Below, one piece after another: positions 51,501 through 63,780 of a DNA stretch of 64,000 nt. Numbering within the stretch: position 1 is the stretch's first letter; the number at the start of each line of letters is the position of its first letter. Below the pieces are notes generated by a model. That model saw only the letters and a program-made list of their open reading frames with translations, searched no databases and was not told the DNA's origin. The stretch is taken from positions 868,001 to 932,000 of the forward strand of contig JAYWIR010000046.1 in assembly GCA_036172245.1 (NCBI GenBank), given 5' to 3'. This DNA is from Raillietiella orientalis. Its lineage: Eukaryota. The position numbers were made by a program, and so were the translations under genes.

Positions 51501-52480
51501 TTCACAAATACAAATGCTTTCTGGACTTCTTGAGATTTTCATCATGATTTCTTACTCAATGACTTCCTTATACATATATTAATGATGTAATATTAAGTCC
51601 CAAGAGGGAATCTCTGCCAGTACTTGGAAATTTGTCTGTTGTCATTCACTAGTGCTTATCTTCTCTTTTGTTGCTTAGTACCATTTCTCATCCTTTTGCT
51701 TGAGAAATACAAAATTTATTACTCCGTTAAGTAATAAAATAACATGGCTCCAGTTTCTGGAATGCACAAGGGGAAACGGTTTTTGTCAGCCTTGCTCCGT
51801 ATAGTCCATGAAATACAATAAGTGAGTATAGAAAGTTCCTGGGAGTTAATAGATCTTGCACATGTTTTTAAAATTTTCACTTATATTTGAGTTTCAGCAT
51901 TCTTAACAATAGACATCCAGACGTTCTGATAATTCGTTTGATGCAAATCATCCATTGAGTATTGCTGATATGTGCTGTTTAGAAGACATCACTATTTGAA
52001 AACAGATCAACAGTGGTGCTGGTATTCTTACTGATCTTCGCGAGACTGCAATCCGAACCGTAACGCCTTAATTTGCAAACATGATTTCCATTCCGCGATA
52101 GGCATAATGTGATCCATTCTCAAGGACACCACACTCCTCCTTACTGAATAATTCAGCAGTAAGAAGTATGGATGCCATGACACCAGAAAAGCAAATGCAT
52201 AAAGAAGCTTGTTGATGACATTTGCATATGTGGAATGCCACGAGACCCCAGAAACATTTAGTTTCCGTTGGCTTTAAGAGCAAAGAAAACCATCGTATCC
52301 AAATGCATAAAGGCACTAAGGAATAGAAAATTAGAAACCCTGTGTACCTGACCACGTAAAAAGTGATATATTGTTTTCTAAATAGAAAACGAGTTTGCAC
52401 CCATTCCTAATTGGCAATCTCCCATAAGTTCCATTTTCACATTTTACAAATTGATTCGTAACGCCAAATTGGTACTCTGT
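51500..52480 (-). pseudogene. Putative cifB-like N-terminal region (with cifA 3' remnant upstream), decayed
   Basis: Minus frame ...CFSGVMASILLTAE...EIMFAN*GVTVRIAVS...LLICFQIVMS...G*FASNEL parallels recalled CifB blocks FFFSMFATA / GNLKVAV / VVRCYSISD / RFSTRE in order and spacing. Identity is low. Confidence 0.35.
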
Positions 52481-53930
52481 ATAGGACAAATCGGAGGAAG
52501 CAGGATGAATTCCTGAGGAAATGTTATCGATGATTTCCTAGAGAAGGCACGAATCCGTTGAAGATCTGTGAGTGTACGGAATCCGGATTCCTTTCGAGAA
52601 GATGAGCGGTCGGACTAAAGGTAGGACGATGGAAGTGCAGTTAGCGAATCTTGCTCTCCAGTGATGCAAATTAGCTTCAAGCTGTGAAAAGAATGCTATC
52701 TAGCATTCAATCGAATCCCTCTTCTTCTTCTTGAAGGGAACTGGCACAGTAGCTCGGAACAGTTACTATGGGGCGTTCTTCCGGATACAATCCCTGAAAA
52801 GGTCACCGTCTTGATTCACGTAGCCGGGAATCGCCAGTAGTTTGGGGGCGAGGAAAATGAAATTCTCCCTATTCGATAGTCTCGATCGATGGTTCCCGTC
52901 GTAGGGAGTTGGGATGCTCTATTGACATGAGAACCAGAAACTTTCGGAATTTCAAACGAAATTTCAAAACCATGCACTGAATGAAAACCTGTATGAAAAC
53001 GCTAAACATGTCTTTTCGAATCACTGGCGAGAGCATGCAATCCTTGAAGTACCGAAGCAGGAATCGTTCGTATGTATGGCTATGTATTTCCGCACTAGCA
53101 TGTTCACACAATAACAGACAATTATATCGCTCCAAAGCATTTTTAGAAAAACATATGCTGGAAGTGCTGATTTACGTATGGAAGCTTCACTCTTGCTTGT
53201 CGACAATGCGAGTCCACGGTAGCGTTGCTTAACGCTCTTCGTCACTTCGCAGTGGAGTTATGCAAGAAGTCGACAACTTTCTCATCTCATCAACAAGAAA
53301 TTACCTGACGTCCGTCTCGAAACATATTTCATTCTCAAGAGATTCGCTTTCGGTCACTTCGAAATTTTCCATCAGGGACTCTTTGAAGTACGCAAAACGA
53401 AAGATCTGCAAATGTGGCGCGAAGAGCTTAAAGATGATGTTGAGAATTGTCTTTTGCTATCTGTCCTTTGTGTTGTGCATAAAGCTCGAGCCCATCAGTT
53501 TCCTCATTCTCGAAATGAAAATTCTCGTAATATGTGATTCAGAAATCGAAATGAAATGGGAAAGCTCCGAGCCGAAATCTTCGTTCCTTCTCTGCGAGTG
53601 TTACATTTGCACTCTCGCTTTACCTGGACATTCCACGCAAACTGCCAGTTTTTCCGACGTTTCCAGCATCGCTGAATGTTACGCAAGGAATGGAATGGAA
53701 ATGTCGATCTTTGTAATTGTGTCCGAAGTAGTAATCGCCAGGGTACTATTCGTGCTGCTTGGTCTGGCGTCAAAGTGCATGCAATTCTGCGCGACTGGCC
53801 AGCCAATCTTGTGTCTGCCAGAAGGGCTACGAATGGTGGCATCTCTTCCTATTTGCAGAGCAACCGCTTTTTCTTGCTGTGGGCATAAACTGGTCTTCTT
53901 AAAAAACTGCTTCCACACCTAGATATTGCA
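52240..53930 (-). repeat. Right arm of the 1691-bp inverted repeat
   Basis: Reverse complement of 44380-46070. Homology continues to 53953 after a 12-nt indel. Confidence 0.97.
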
Positions 53931-54840
53931 TGGAGTGCATCACGTCGATAATCGGTGGCATGTTGATATGATCAGCACCTATGCGCAATCACTTTGGCAA
54001 GAACCAATGCATGGTTCGTGGAATGGTGTCGTACCAGACGTGGAAACACACCAACTACCAGAAGGATAGCAAAGGCTAGAGAAAAGCCGACTCTACTGTC
54101 GCCAAAAAAGGCTGATTGCTCTATTTTTTCTACTGCATAGATTCTTCTTGTTCACTAAATTCTTATAGAGTTGTATGCCGGAATGCAAGATCAAGGACAT
54201 ATATTTTACTTTGTTTAGGTAACACGTCCTTGATCACTGCAAAAATATCAATGAGGAAAAAACTGAAAGCAACTGTAGCTGTTATTGCATGGGAAAACTT
54301 GAACTGCTAAAAGACTCGTATTTTGTTTGTGATAGTGATTCTACTGTCTGTTACTTATTTCCTAATACTCTATTTGTTCTTTAAAGAAAGAATAATCACT
54401 CAGTGCTTACAGATCTGGATCTGATTAAATGTTATTAAATAATGCTATTTAGTACCATTTAGATAGTAAACATTATACAGCAGTTATGCAATGTGACCTT
54501 GTAACTCTACGATTAGAAATAGAGACAGAGTACAAGAAAAACATAGTTTGAAGTTTTCTTTGTTCACAGTTACTTTCCAGTCGCATTTTTCCTATAAAAG
54601 ATGTGAAGCACTGAATTTGCATGCTCTGTGGGCAAAGTTTTATCTCTAAGATCTTCATGACCATTAACTGAATTGAACATGCATTTGACTGTTCAAAGAA
54701 GGCTGGAGGTTCATTAAATGTTTTATTATTAGCTGAAATAGATTGCTAGGGAAATGCATTTAACAATTCAACATGTAATATGATGAATATGGAAGAAAAT
54801 GGAAATGCAAGACCTCCTGAAAATGTGCTTCATGTAAACT

Positions 54841-55879
54841 TCAAAATCCTCCAATGAGTTGTTCAACTACTTTTCCAAATGATCTTTCAGTTTTTTATTA
54901 ATTTTAATGAATGATTAAGGAAAAAAAAAACTCACTTGGATTGTATTTTGTTAGATGGGAGATAAAATGGGTTGCAAACCATGTCCATGTAAGCTGTATG
55001 TAGGTGTCTAAAAAGCTAGAAACCACATTTAAGAAATAAAAAGTCCATATTTTATACTCACACCTCGAATTTCATTGTCACGAAGGGTAGCCTGTGCTGC
55101 TTTGATAACAATAATGAACTTGATTTTGGTGTTAGTTATGTAACCATATCTACATGTTAAGAATTATCTAACGGAAACAACAGATACACATTATTACTAC
55201 AAAGGCACCTAAAATTTTCATTATGGTATACAGAACTGAGAAATCAAAAATTAAATGCCTTTAAAACCTAAATTCAAAAACACATTTGCTTGGTGAATGA
55301 TTTGCAATATTTACTCATTGGTTTTAATGATTGAAGCAAAGTATACAAGACTCATAAGACTCCAACACATATTTCTCTGCAAAGAATGAAATACTCAAGG
55401 ATACATTTTATAATCTTCAGTTGATAACAACAGACCCAAATAGAATTCACGATTATCTCCTGCAGCACTACTTCTTGGAAAAACTAGTTTTTCTTCAATT
55501 ATATCTAAAGACGAATGAATCATGTAGTAATAGTGCAAAGCATCATCTGCTTCTTCATGCTGCAGAAACATAGGGTTATTCTAAAATGAAAAATCGTAAT
55601 TATATGATATAGACTAGTCACAGCATACAATGAAAGTGAATGAAAACTCAATCCATTGACCATTTCAATACGAAATGAACTATGCCTTTTTCCCAATTAA
55701 AACTACACAACTCACTCAACTATTTATTCAATATGATGAAGAGTTTTATTGTTTGTAGTTCACTCATATGTGCTTATTAAAATACAACAATCGCACTTCT
55801 CATGCAAGAAGAATGGGATGCTTTCTTAAATTACCTCTTTGCCAATAATTGCCAAACAAGCAACAATTCCTTTCGTCAT
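54841..55879 (-). CDS. TRAPPC2L: Trafficking protein particle complex subunit 2-like (sedlin family), 143 aa, 5 exons, intact
   Basis: Exons 55879-55835, 55580-55405, 55149-55062, 55015-54936 and 54883-54841, all GT-AG, 432 nt. Protein MTKGIVACLAIIGKENNPMFL...IHSSLDIIEEK...[29 protein letters not shown]...[26 protein letters not shown]. Confidence 0.95.
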
Positions 55880-56969
55880 CCTGCTCGCTTACAAGACACA
55901 CTTAGATTTTGTTTTCACTAATGCTCTCAATAGAGAATTACTCAAATCAAGTTAAGCGCTCGATGTTTAGGCTTATTTAATGGCTAACTGAATAATTCAC
56001 CAATATATAAAAAACCTAGCCGATGATTTTATGTTCGTAGTGAATCAATGAGTACCCATCTCTCAATACAACTCCTTTGTATATCAATTTCTCTGGCTTC
56101 TCAAGTTCAAAAAATCAAATTTTCGCACTACACTATTAAAATGCACCACTTTGACTTTATCCTCGTCACATTATATATTCAAATAAAGTGCCTTATTTCA
56201 AGCTTGTAAAGATATGTAAAGATGTACATTTCCATGGATCTGCATCAACTTCAAAATTTGAAATTTTCATCACATGCCCCCCTTACATTACTATGGGAGG
56301 AGTATATGCATTCAGTGTTACCCAATAATAATAGATGTTTTGAAAGGATAGTTGAATTTTTGAAAAACAAATTCCAGAAATCATCTGTGGGTTTAAGTAG
56401 GCATCGGTAAATTGTGTAATCATCAGCTTCATTAATAAGACCACAGGAATACGAAGTTAGAATTAGCGAATTATAATCACTTGTGATCAGTTCCTGACGA
56501 AAACATATTATAAAGCAGAAGAATGTTCAAGATAGTAAAGCGCAATATTTCTAAATCATTTTAAAAAGAATAGTCAGTGAAAATGTTGTGAAATGTAAAA
56601 CAAGAAAAAGGAGATATTGACTGTAGATCACAATCCAACGGCAATACTAACTACGAGAATTAACTGTTCTGATGGAAATAAGGATTTTTCTTTTAACTGG
56701 GCTTCTGTCCTTTTAAACTTTCATAAAATTTCCACTTTTCATTTATTATACAGAGAAATTTAGAATCGCTATAGAGATTATGTGAGATTACATTAAAATT
56801 ATGTAAGATTATAATATGATTCTACTACAAGTTCTACAGAGCTCAGCAGTCTATTAAATTTCATTTCCCTCAACTTGTTTCTGAAATCCTTCCCACAGCT
56901 ATTCTTATCCTTATTTTTGTCCTTGTACAAACTAGAAATTCTTTTTTTTTTTTACAATCAACTTTTTCT

Positions 56970-57890
56970 TTCAATGAAGAAAAGCGCACCGTTTCTTTAA
57001 TGTTTTTCTGATCTTTTAAAAACGCAAGAGATAACTCTCAAATTGTTACGATTACATCTCTGACCTTAAAATCTTGCTTCAGGATGCGGATTGAAATCGC
57101 TGGTCAAATTAGTTGTTACAAATGATGTAGTGATCAACATATAAAAGGGATAAGGTCAAATCAGTACTTTGGAAGTTCGGAAAAACAATGCCTATGAAAC
57201 ATTCCCGAAAAAGCTCATAAATCACGGAAAGCGCGGTTTCTAAATAAAGGGTTATTTTTCGTAATGGATCCTGAATGAATGATTAAAAATAGTATATGAA
57301 TGCATAATGTGAATTAAGCCTTGAGCACAAAATTCATAAGTTTCAGCTTACAACTATAAGGTATACACGATAAATGTAAAGTGAATGCTTAAATAACAAA
57401 GAAATCCAAAATATAAGTACAACATAGTAAGTCACTAAGCCTGAGTAAAAATTGATTAGTCAATTAGATTTACAAGGAAAAAAAAGTGATTTCTTGATGA
57501 GCCAAACGGAATTATTAGTAAAGTCATAATTTTTCTTTGATGCCATGATCGAGGGTTTTGTATATAAAAGCCGACAACAACAAAAAAGATAGAGATTTGA
57601 AAGTCTTATTTAGCTATAACTTTGGAGTTATACAGGGCAGAATTTTAGTCGAACTTATAATTGAGATTTGGGAGTTTGAAATGCTAGCTTAAGTTAAAAC
57701 CTTGGGAGGTCATGGAAAATTCTTGCATTTCATAAATAGCAATTATGGAACATAAAGTTTCAAAGGATGGATTCCATCTTGAAGACTGGTTTATTTTGCC
57801 ACATAACGTACGTACATATTAACTGTTTTGCGCATGTACAAGAAACTTTGGATATATGAGGAACAATAGAGAGACCAGAGATTTGTGAAG
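56970..57890 (+). pseudogene. Putative cifA-like pseudogene
   Basis: Ordered blocks FNEEK..FFNVF (56970), GYFS*WILNE (57250), ELLVKS*FFFDA (57509), ELIIEIWEFEMLA*VK (57651), IERPEICE (57866). These parallel recalled CifA blocks FKDDKLEFLYNVF, PVFDFWIDRE, ELIESCFFDT, SLIMEIWKCERFAEYR, IENLRICG. Confidence 0.5.
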
Positions 57891-57969
57891 CCTAATTGGA
57901 GCTATGTTCAATTATTCATATTTGATTTTGAGCAAGTTGGTGGGCGACTAACACACTCCAATAAATTGC

Positions 57970-58050
57970 GAAAGCACCAGCCATACTGAATGAATTCGTG
58001 AGGTATGCTGAAGTTTCTTGAGGTTTGCACTATATTTTTGATATCACAAT
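57970..58050 (+). pseudogene. Putative cifB-like extreme N-terminus directly downstream of the cifA-like remnant
   Basis: LNEFVR / MLKFLEVCTIFL vs recalled CifB LDGFRQEFESFLDQCPFFL. Position fits the cifA-cifB operon order. Confidence 0.35.
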
Positions 58051-61000
58051 ATCTGGATTAGACGAGAAACTTGTACTCTTCCTTTTCAAACCATATTTTA
58101 TGTTTTGATTTCCATTATATAAAGGACATTACGTTAAGCGGCTGTGCTTTGATCGTAGTTATTGCCATGAAGAGCACTCTGCTTGAAACTTGATTGACAG
58201 TTGGTTGTGCAAATTGCAAATTTCCTTTCTTAACACGCATTTCATTCTTTTCCTTTTTTTAATAAGAGAACATCCAGCTCTTCGGGGACTGCGTAACTGC
58301 CTTGTTTCCACTGATACCCCAAGCTCCTTTCTTGTTGTGACGACGCCCCCGCGATCGTCACAAATGTGATACGCACAGCAAAAGTGCTTTGCCATTTGGC
58401 AACGTACGTCAACGCTATTCTGCGTAGTGTGCTGTTTATGCGGGAAGTCTCGTGCAGTGCTTGGGAGACGTTAAAATGAGAGGTAATGAACCATTCAAAA
58501 TCAGTTTAAAAAAAAAACAAAAACAAAAAAATATTTTTACTTGGCATGGTTTACTTAGTCTCAAAACGCAAATGCTCTCATGTTGTTTCAAGTTTACTAG
58601 TGAGATGACTTCATGATTCTCGCGTTCTGCTGCTACATTTGGTTTGTTTCGGCAGAAAAAAAAAACGGCTTCGGCGCACATGAAGGGCTTTTAGCCATTA
58701 AGCCTTTAGTGCATGCGAGCGGGTGTGACGATCAGGGCGTCCATGTTTGTTTTGAACCGCTAAAAATTCCGAGCGCCGTTTTCTTGGCAAAGGATTGATG
58801 TTTTTCATGGAATCACGTGTGATATCTGATTGTAACGCGATGATGTCTCCATGACAGAACCAAGACCTGTGTACAAATTGTCTTCGTAGCAAACGATGGG
58901 GATTACTGTATCGATTCCCTTAATCGATTGACCCAGCAGCTGCTCGTTCGTTCCGTGCCTGAAAGCGAGAATGCGGTGAGACTCGGACGTAGCAGTGCAT
59001 CTTATGATAAGCTTTTTCAAGTGGGAGTATTGAAAATGAATGAAAATGAGTTGTAGCAACAGTGCGAAGTGCCAAGGTGAAGATGGCATAATCTAGAAAT
59101 TGTTTGGTGGAAAAGTTTGGATTCCGTATCCCTAGATATCTTTCAAACTTTGAAAATGGAAGTATGAAGATGGTGTAGCTGATGGCTCGTCCGCATTTTA
59201 CAATGTTCATAAACATCGGCTAATCTAAAGATTATACAGGACTTCCTTCCAGTTATTGTTTTCGAAAAATTGCATAGTGCTCATTGCATCCCGTGAGTTG
59301 TAGCTTAGTCGTTTTTCCTTCATTCCAGATGCTTGGCAAACCATGCTTGTATGTTGTCTCTTTGTTGATAATTTATGCTAATCGTTAATTTTAATGAGTG
59401 TATCTCATTTTTATGGAGCTTCACGTGCTTTTCCAATAAAAAGACAGACAATAAAAAAAATACATGTTCTCAACTTTCTACGATATGGGAAGCTTTATAA
59501 CTTAAAACCAGTCAATTTCCAATCTTTTAGTTTGCACTGACCAATAGTATGCTTTTCAGTGACTTATTTCATAAGATAAGTGTGCGGAATTGAACTTTTT
59601 ATCTAACATTCAAATACGTTAATCAAAATAAGAATACGATACTCGCGACACCTGTAAGCAGTTTTAGCCACCAATGTTAGGCTGTTACATGTTTTGCATT
59701 GATCATCTTGTAATTAATATTACATCTTCGTGCGATAAACGAAATATCTGTTTTTGAATATAATTTGCAGATGAGAAGCTTCATCATGAAGGAATAGACT
59801 CATGCAGTTAAAAGGGTGTCTACTTCAATCTGTGGTATTGAGATGTCTGCGGAAATGACAAAGATCGTAATGATCAAAACATCATAATGAATGTACTAAT
59901 AATCTGTGTACTTTCATTTATGAAGTGTTTTTCAAACACGAAGACTTGTATTTTATGATATACAAATAGTTTCGACGTTTCAGTCATTGCATGTCGGAAA
60001 AGAAAAGAAGACTCACGAATTGATTTTTTTTTTTTTTCATATGATAGAAAAAATTCCATGGAGAGTGCATATTAGCCAGTATTTCACTTACATTGTTGCG
60101 TGCGTATCATACACAGCAAGAAACCCTCATCTTTTCTTAGAAAGAATGATGGTGTGTGGAAACGAGCACTGCATCAAGTAACTGAGTAGAGACAAGTTCC
60201 GGACTGGTTAACAGAAGCGCGTTTATTGCGGTCATACCAGGAATAATGCAGGCTACGGTTGACATGTTGCGTGCTCTCGCAGGGTGCTTACATAAATGCA
60301 CTATCTCTCATTTTGTTTAAAAGAAAGCTGCAGCTGAATTTCTTAGTATTTGCTTTGCTCTTTTTATTGATTTATTTTTTGCTGTTGCCGCGTTAATTTA
60401 GAATCCTTGTGATGTGAGCAATGACGTCGCTGCGTTCTTTTCAGGAAATATTCTTATATCATTTGGACTGACCGTTTGATTTCAATGGCGGAGTTGAATT
60501 AAAAGTAGATAATAGGATAAGCATTCAGAAGTCATGGAATTGCTTGCACGAGCGCAGCAATGCAGATTGTTCCGGTTCTATCGAGTACGAAAAGCCCTTT
60601 TGCCTCAAAAGATTAGACCTCTCAAAAAAAACATGGTACATGGTACATGTCAGAGTACATACTCAGTATGTACTCTGACAATTTTTGTGGAGCCTTCTAC
60701 ATGCATCTCTGGGTCCGGTGCTCATGTTTTATCGAGACAACTTGGACTGTTTTCCAAGAAGTTCGAAGTTCTCTCGTTCGCACCGTATGTGTTCAGGGAA
60801 TGGGATGGTTGTTGTTTGGTATATAATCTTTTTTATCTTGTTATCTTCACTGTGTTTTTCACTGTTTATCTTGAGAACCAGGATACCGTCCTTACTGTCT
60901 TGAATGTTTTTTTGTCTGCGTTTCGGAAATGCTGGACGCCTTCCCGCCTCCGTTTCTGACAAGCGGCCAGCAATTTCGAAGTAGCTTTCATAGCTCTCTT

Positions 61001-62019
61001 TGAATACGAAATCATGTCCAGAGGCACTGCCAATGAACTCGTGCGAGCAAAAAGTCGACTCCCAAAGGATTTAACTGGAAACTGCCGAAACGCATTCCGG
61101 AGACCGGCGCGATCTCTGCCATCGTGATAAAGGCCAGATGGAGTTTTCTGCACTCGCTACCAGAGAGCAGAACCGGATCGTTTGCCATCATTTGGACCGA
61201 CCATTTGCTTCGATGATTATCCTGCCACCTGACGGCAGCCTCGTGGAAAACTCAAGCATTAAACACTGAGCATTCTGAAAATCAGATCTTCCTCCTGTGG
61301 TGCCAGAACTAGCAGAAATCTCGGTTCTTGCATTCCCCGGTCTTATGTTCCTATACCAACAGATCTGCGAATTTTTAGGTGTGAGAATATTTTTTTTAGA
61401 TGGGGCTGTTCATGAGAAACGTGCGGACGGCAAAGATGCGAGTGGACTCGTGGAATCTATTGACTACCCGAACGGTGTTGAAATGGTCAGCGAGAGTGAC
61501 AAGCGAAGAGTGCAACGCCCTTGGAGGTCTGCTGTGCGAGCTTCCACTAATGTCTGAATGCACATACAGAACCCAGGTGGAAAAGGAAAACCGATAGAAA
61601 AACTCTCGCACTGGTATCTCAGAGACTTTCTTCCCTATCCCACTTTCTTCTACAGCGCGTTCCAATCTCATCTCGGTTTTTCCTTTGTCTTCCGTCTGGA
61701 GTACCGGTGCGGGCCGCTTTGTGAAGTCACGTTTCATACCAGGATGAAAGGCGGCTCTGATGCTTCAAAGCTGAGTGCTGCCCAACTGGAGAATGCATTC
61801 ATAGAACGCGCAATAGAACCAAGAGAACCCTGTCGTATTCGAAGCGGTTATGCGTTCCCCCTTGGTCAAGCACCCTTGCACTCAGCCGCGCTTCGTGTTG
61901 CACTTGTTCTGGTCACGGAATTGCTTTGTTTTTCTACTTTGGTGTTTGAGCTTAATTTTTGTTGCTCGGTTTTGCAGCTAACCTCGTTCCAACTGTTTTT
62001 CGTATGCCGTTTTCGGGCA

Positions 62020-63780
62020 AGATTTCTGCGTAATATTACCTCATGGGAGAACTCAGTAGACAACTTAATATTTGTCCTGGCTCGATGTGCTTTGAGGAAC
62101 TCCATTTCTTGAAAACACGTGGAGATAGATTTCGCCACTGGAATCCGTTGGCTGCTTGAAAGAGCGTCGTCAATTGTGTGCGTGCTGCAAATTTTTGGAA
62201 GCTTTCCTCTAATAAAAGCAACAGGTAAAGAAATGTAGGAACTTAATGAGAGGAAACTCCTCACGCAAATTGCGTCACTTCCACAAAGGGACTTTTTTGA
62301 CATGACGTATCTCCTGCGCATGCCTGCTTCCTTCGGGAATCCGAAACTTTGTCTTTCCATCACAACTCGTACAGTCGGCTCGTTCAGCTTTTTCTTTCCT
62401 CCTAAAGACATTCCCTTCCAACTTGTGCTGCTATTTTGCTCATTTACGAGAAAGAACGAGTTACTTTCAGAGTGCTTGTCGTATGCTTGGAATCCAATCC
62501 TAAAATGTCACGATGTTGCACCATGGCAGGATGCATTGACTTCTTCTAATTCTTGTTCCTCGGTTTGTCAGGAGACAGTAGCTAAATCGAGGATTTATTT
62601 GCAGGAAATGCGATCCAATGAAACCAAAAATTCTATGGCCACAATGCTGGGAAAGGTCTTGAATCTTCAGAATATCAAAGCAAACTTGGGATCAGCGTTC
62701 CAGGTCGTGTGCTCAGTGCTCGTGTATTATACATTTTCAATAGGATTGTTGTTTTACCAGAAAGCGGTCATCCAGGTCAGTAAATATGTCTTAAACCTTC
62801 TGTCCGCGGTGGCAGCCGCATGGTCGTCACGGCGTTGCAACCGGTTCGAGCTTCAGAAATTAGGTCATCTCGACATTGCTCCGCCATATGATTCCGCAAC
62901 CGGTGCTTCGAACTATAGCAACAACTGGCATAGGAAGTAGGGCGGAAGAAATGCTGGCCAAACAAACTTTGGCCAGGCGTTATATATCTTTTCGTTTCGT
63001 AACTTCGATCCGGGCAACATTCTGTGCAGGCGAAAAGAAATGCAGATGAGTGCGTGGCGCATTTTACCAAAGACTCCACCCCACCCACCCCCTCCATTTT
63101 TTTTTTTTTTTTTTCTTCATGGACTCCGGGTCATGATTTGGTCGTTTTCGTGTTGCCCTCTGGAGCCGAATATCGAAAAAGTCCGTAAATCTGCCATTGC
63201 CTGATTTCTTCCAAGGAAAGCCTGCAATGCAAACACAACAAGAAGTTGTGGCTTTTTGAATTTCTTCTAACTGGTGATAGGCCTGACTTTCTGCCCATTT
63301 GAATGCGTCTACCTTGAAAGCTTCCAAACAACCATGCTCATCATGTTTCCTATATAAGTACTTGTGCGTGTGTTTGTCGCTCAGTTCTAACGCGACTGCT
63401 GTAATGTGACTGCTTACTGTCTCCTGGCAACTGAGAATTGCTAAAAGCTGATCGAGAAGTTTGATGGTTCGGGGAGTGTGTGGACGGGTAGATCCCATGG
63501 CATATTGAATTTCTCCCAGATCACTTCGTCGACTTTTGACTATACGATTGCGAGAGAGCAAAGCAGCCGTCTGCAGCAGCCAGCTTCCGCTGGATCTCCA
63601 GGATTTGCTAGCAGATTGACGTTTGATTCCTGCTCTTTACAGACTTTCTGACCATCACCCCAATTCAGCGATGTCCGCCTTCTCTTCCTCAGAACTCGTC
63701 CCAACCAACTTCTTATCAGAATAGTTTCATTGCACCTAGATGTCAGTCTGAAATGCAAAGCAATTTTTTTTCTTTTCGGT
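62020..63780 (-). mobile_element. Decayed hAT-superfamily transposase
   Basis: Ordered remnants HTPRTIKLLDQLL, HGCL..F.VDA, YHQLEEIQ, DPKF, then dimerisation-domain-like LSSYISLP...RIPVAKS...RVF...VILRRNL. Many frameshifts. Confidence 0.45.

Noticed and set aside
48380..52240. Contamination by a live Wolbachia genome
   Set aside because: Every bacterial gene is riddled with stops and indels and is contiguous with spliced host genes; read-level confirmation is still needed.
58160..59216. Class 3 lipase pseudogene (ILAFRHGTNEQLL)
   Set aside because: One suggestive motif only; no GHSLG nucleophile elbow found.
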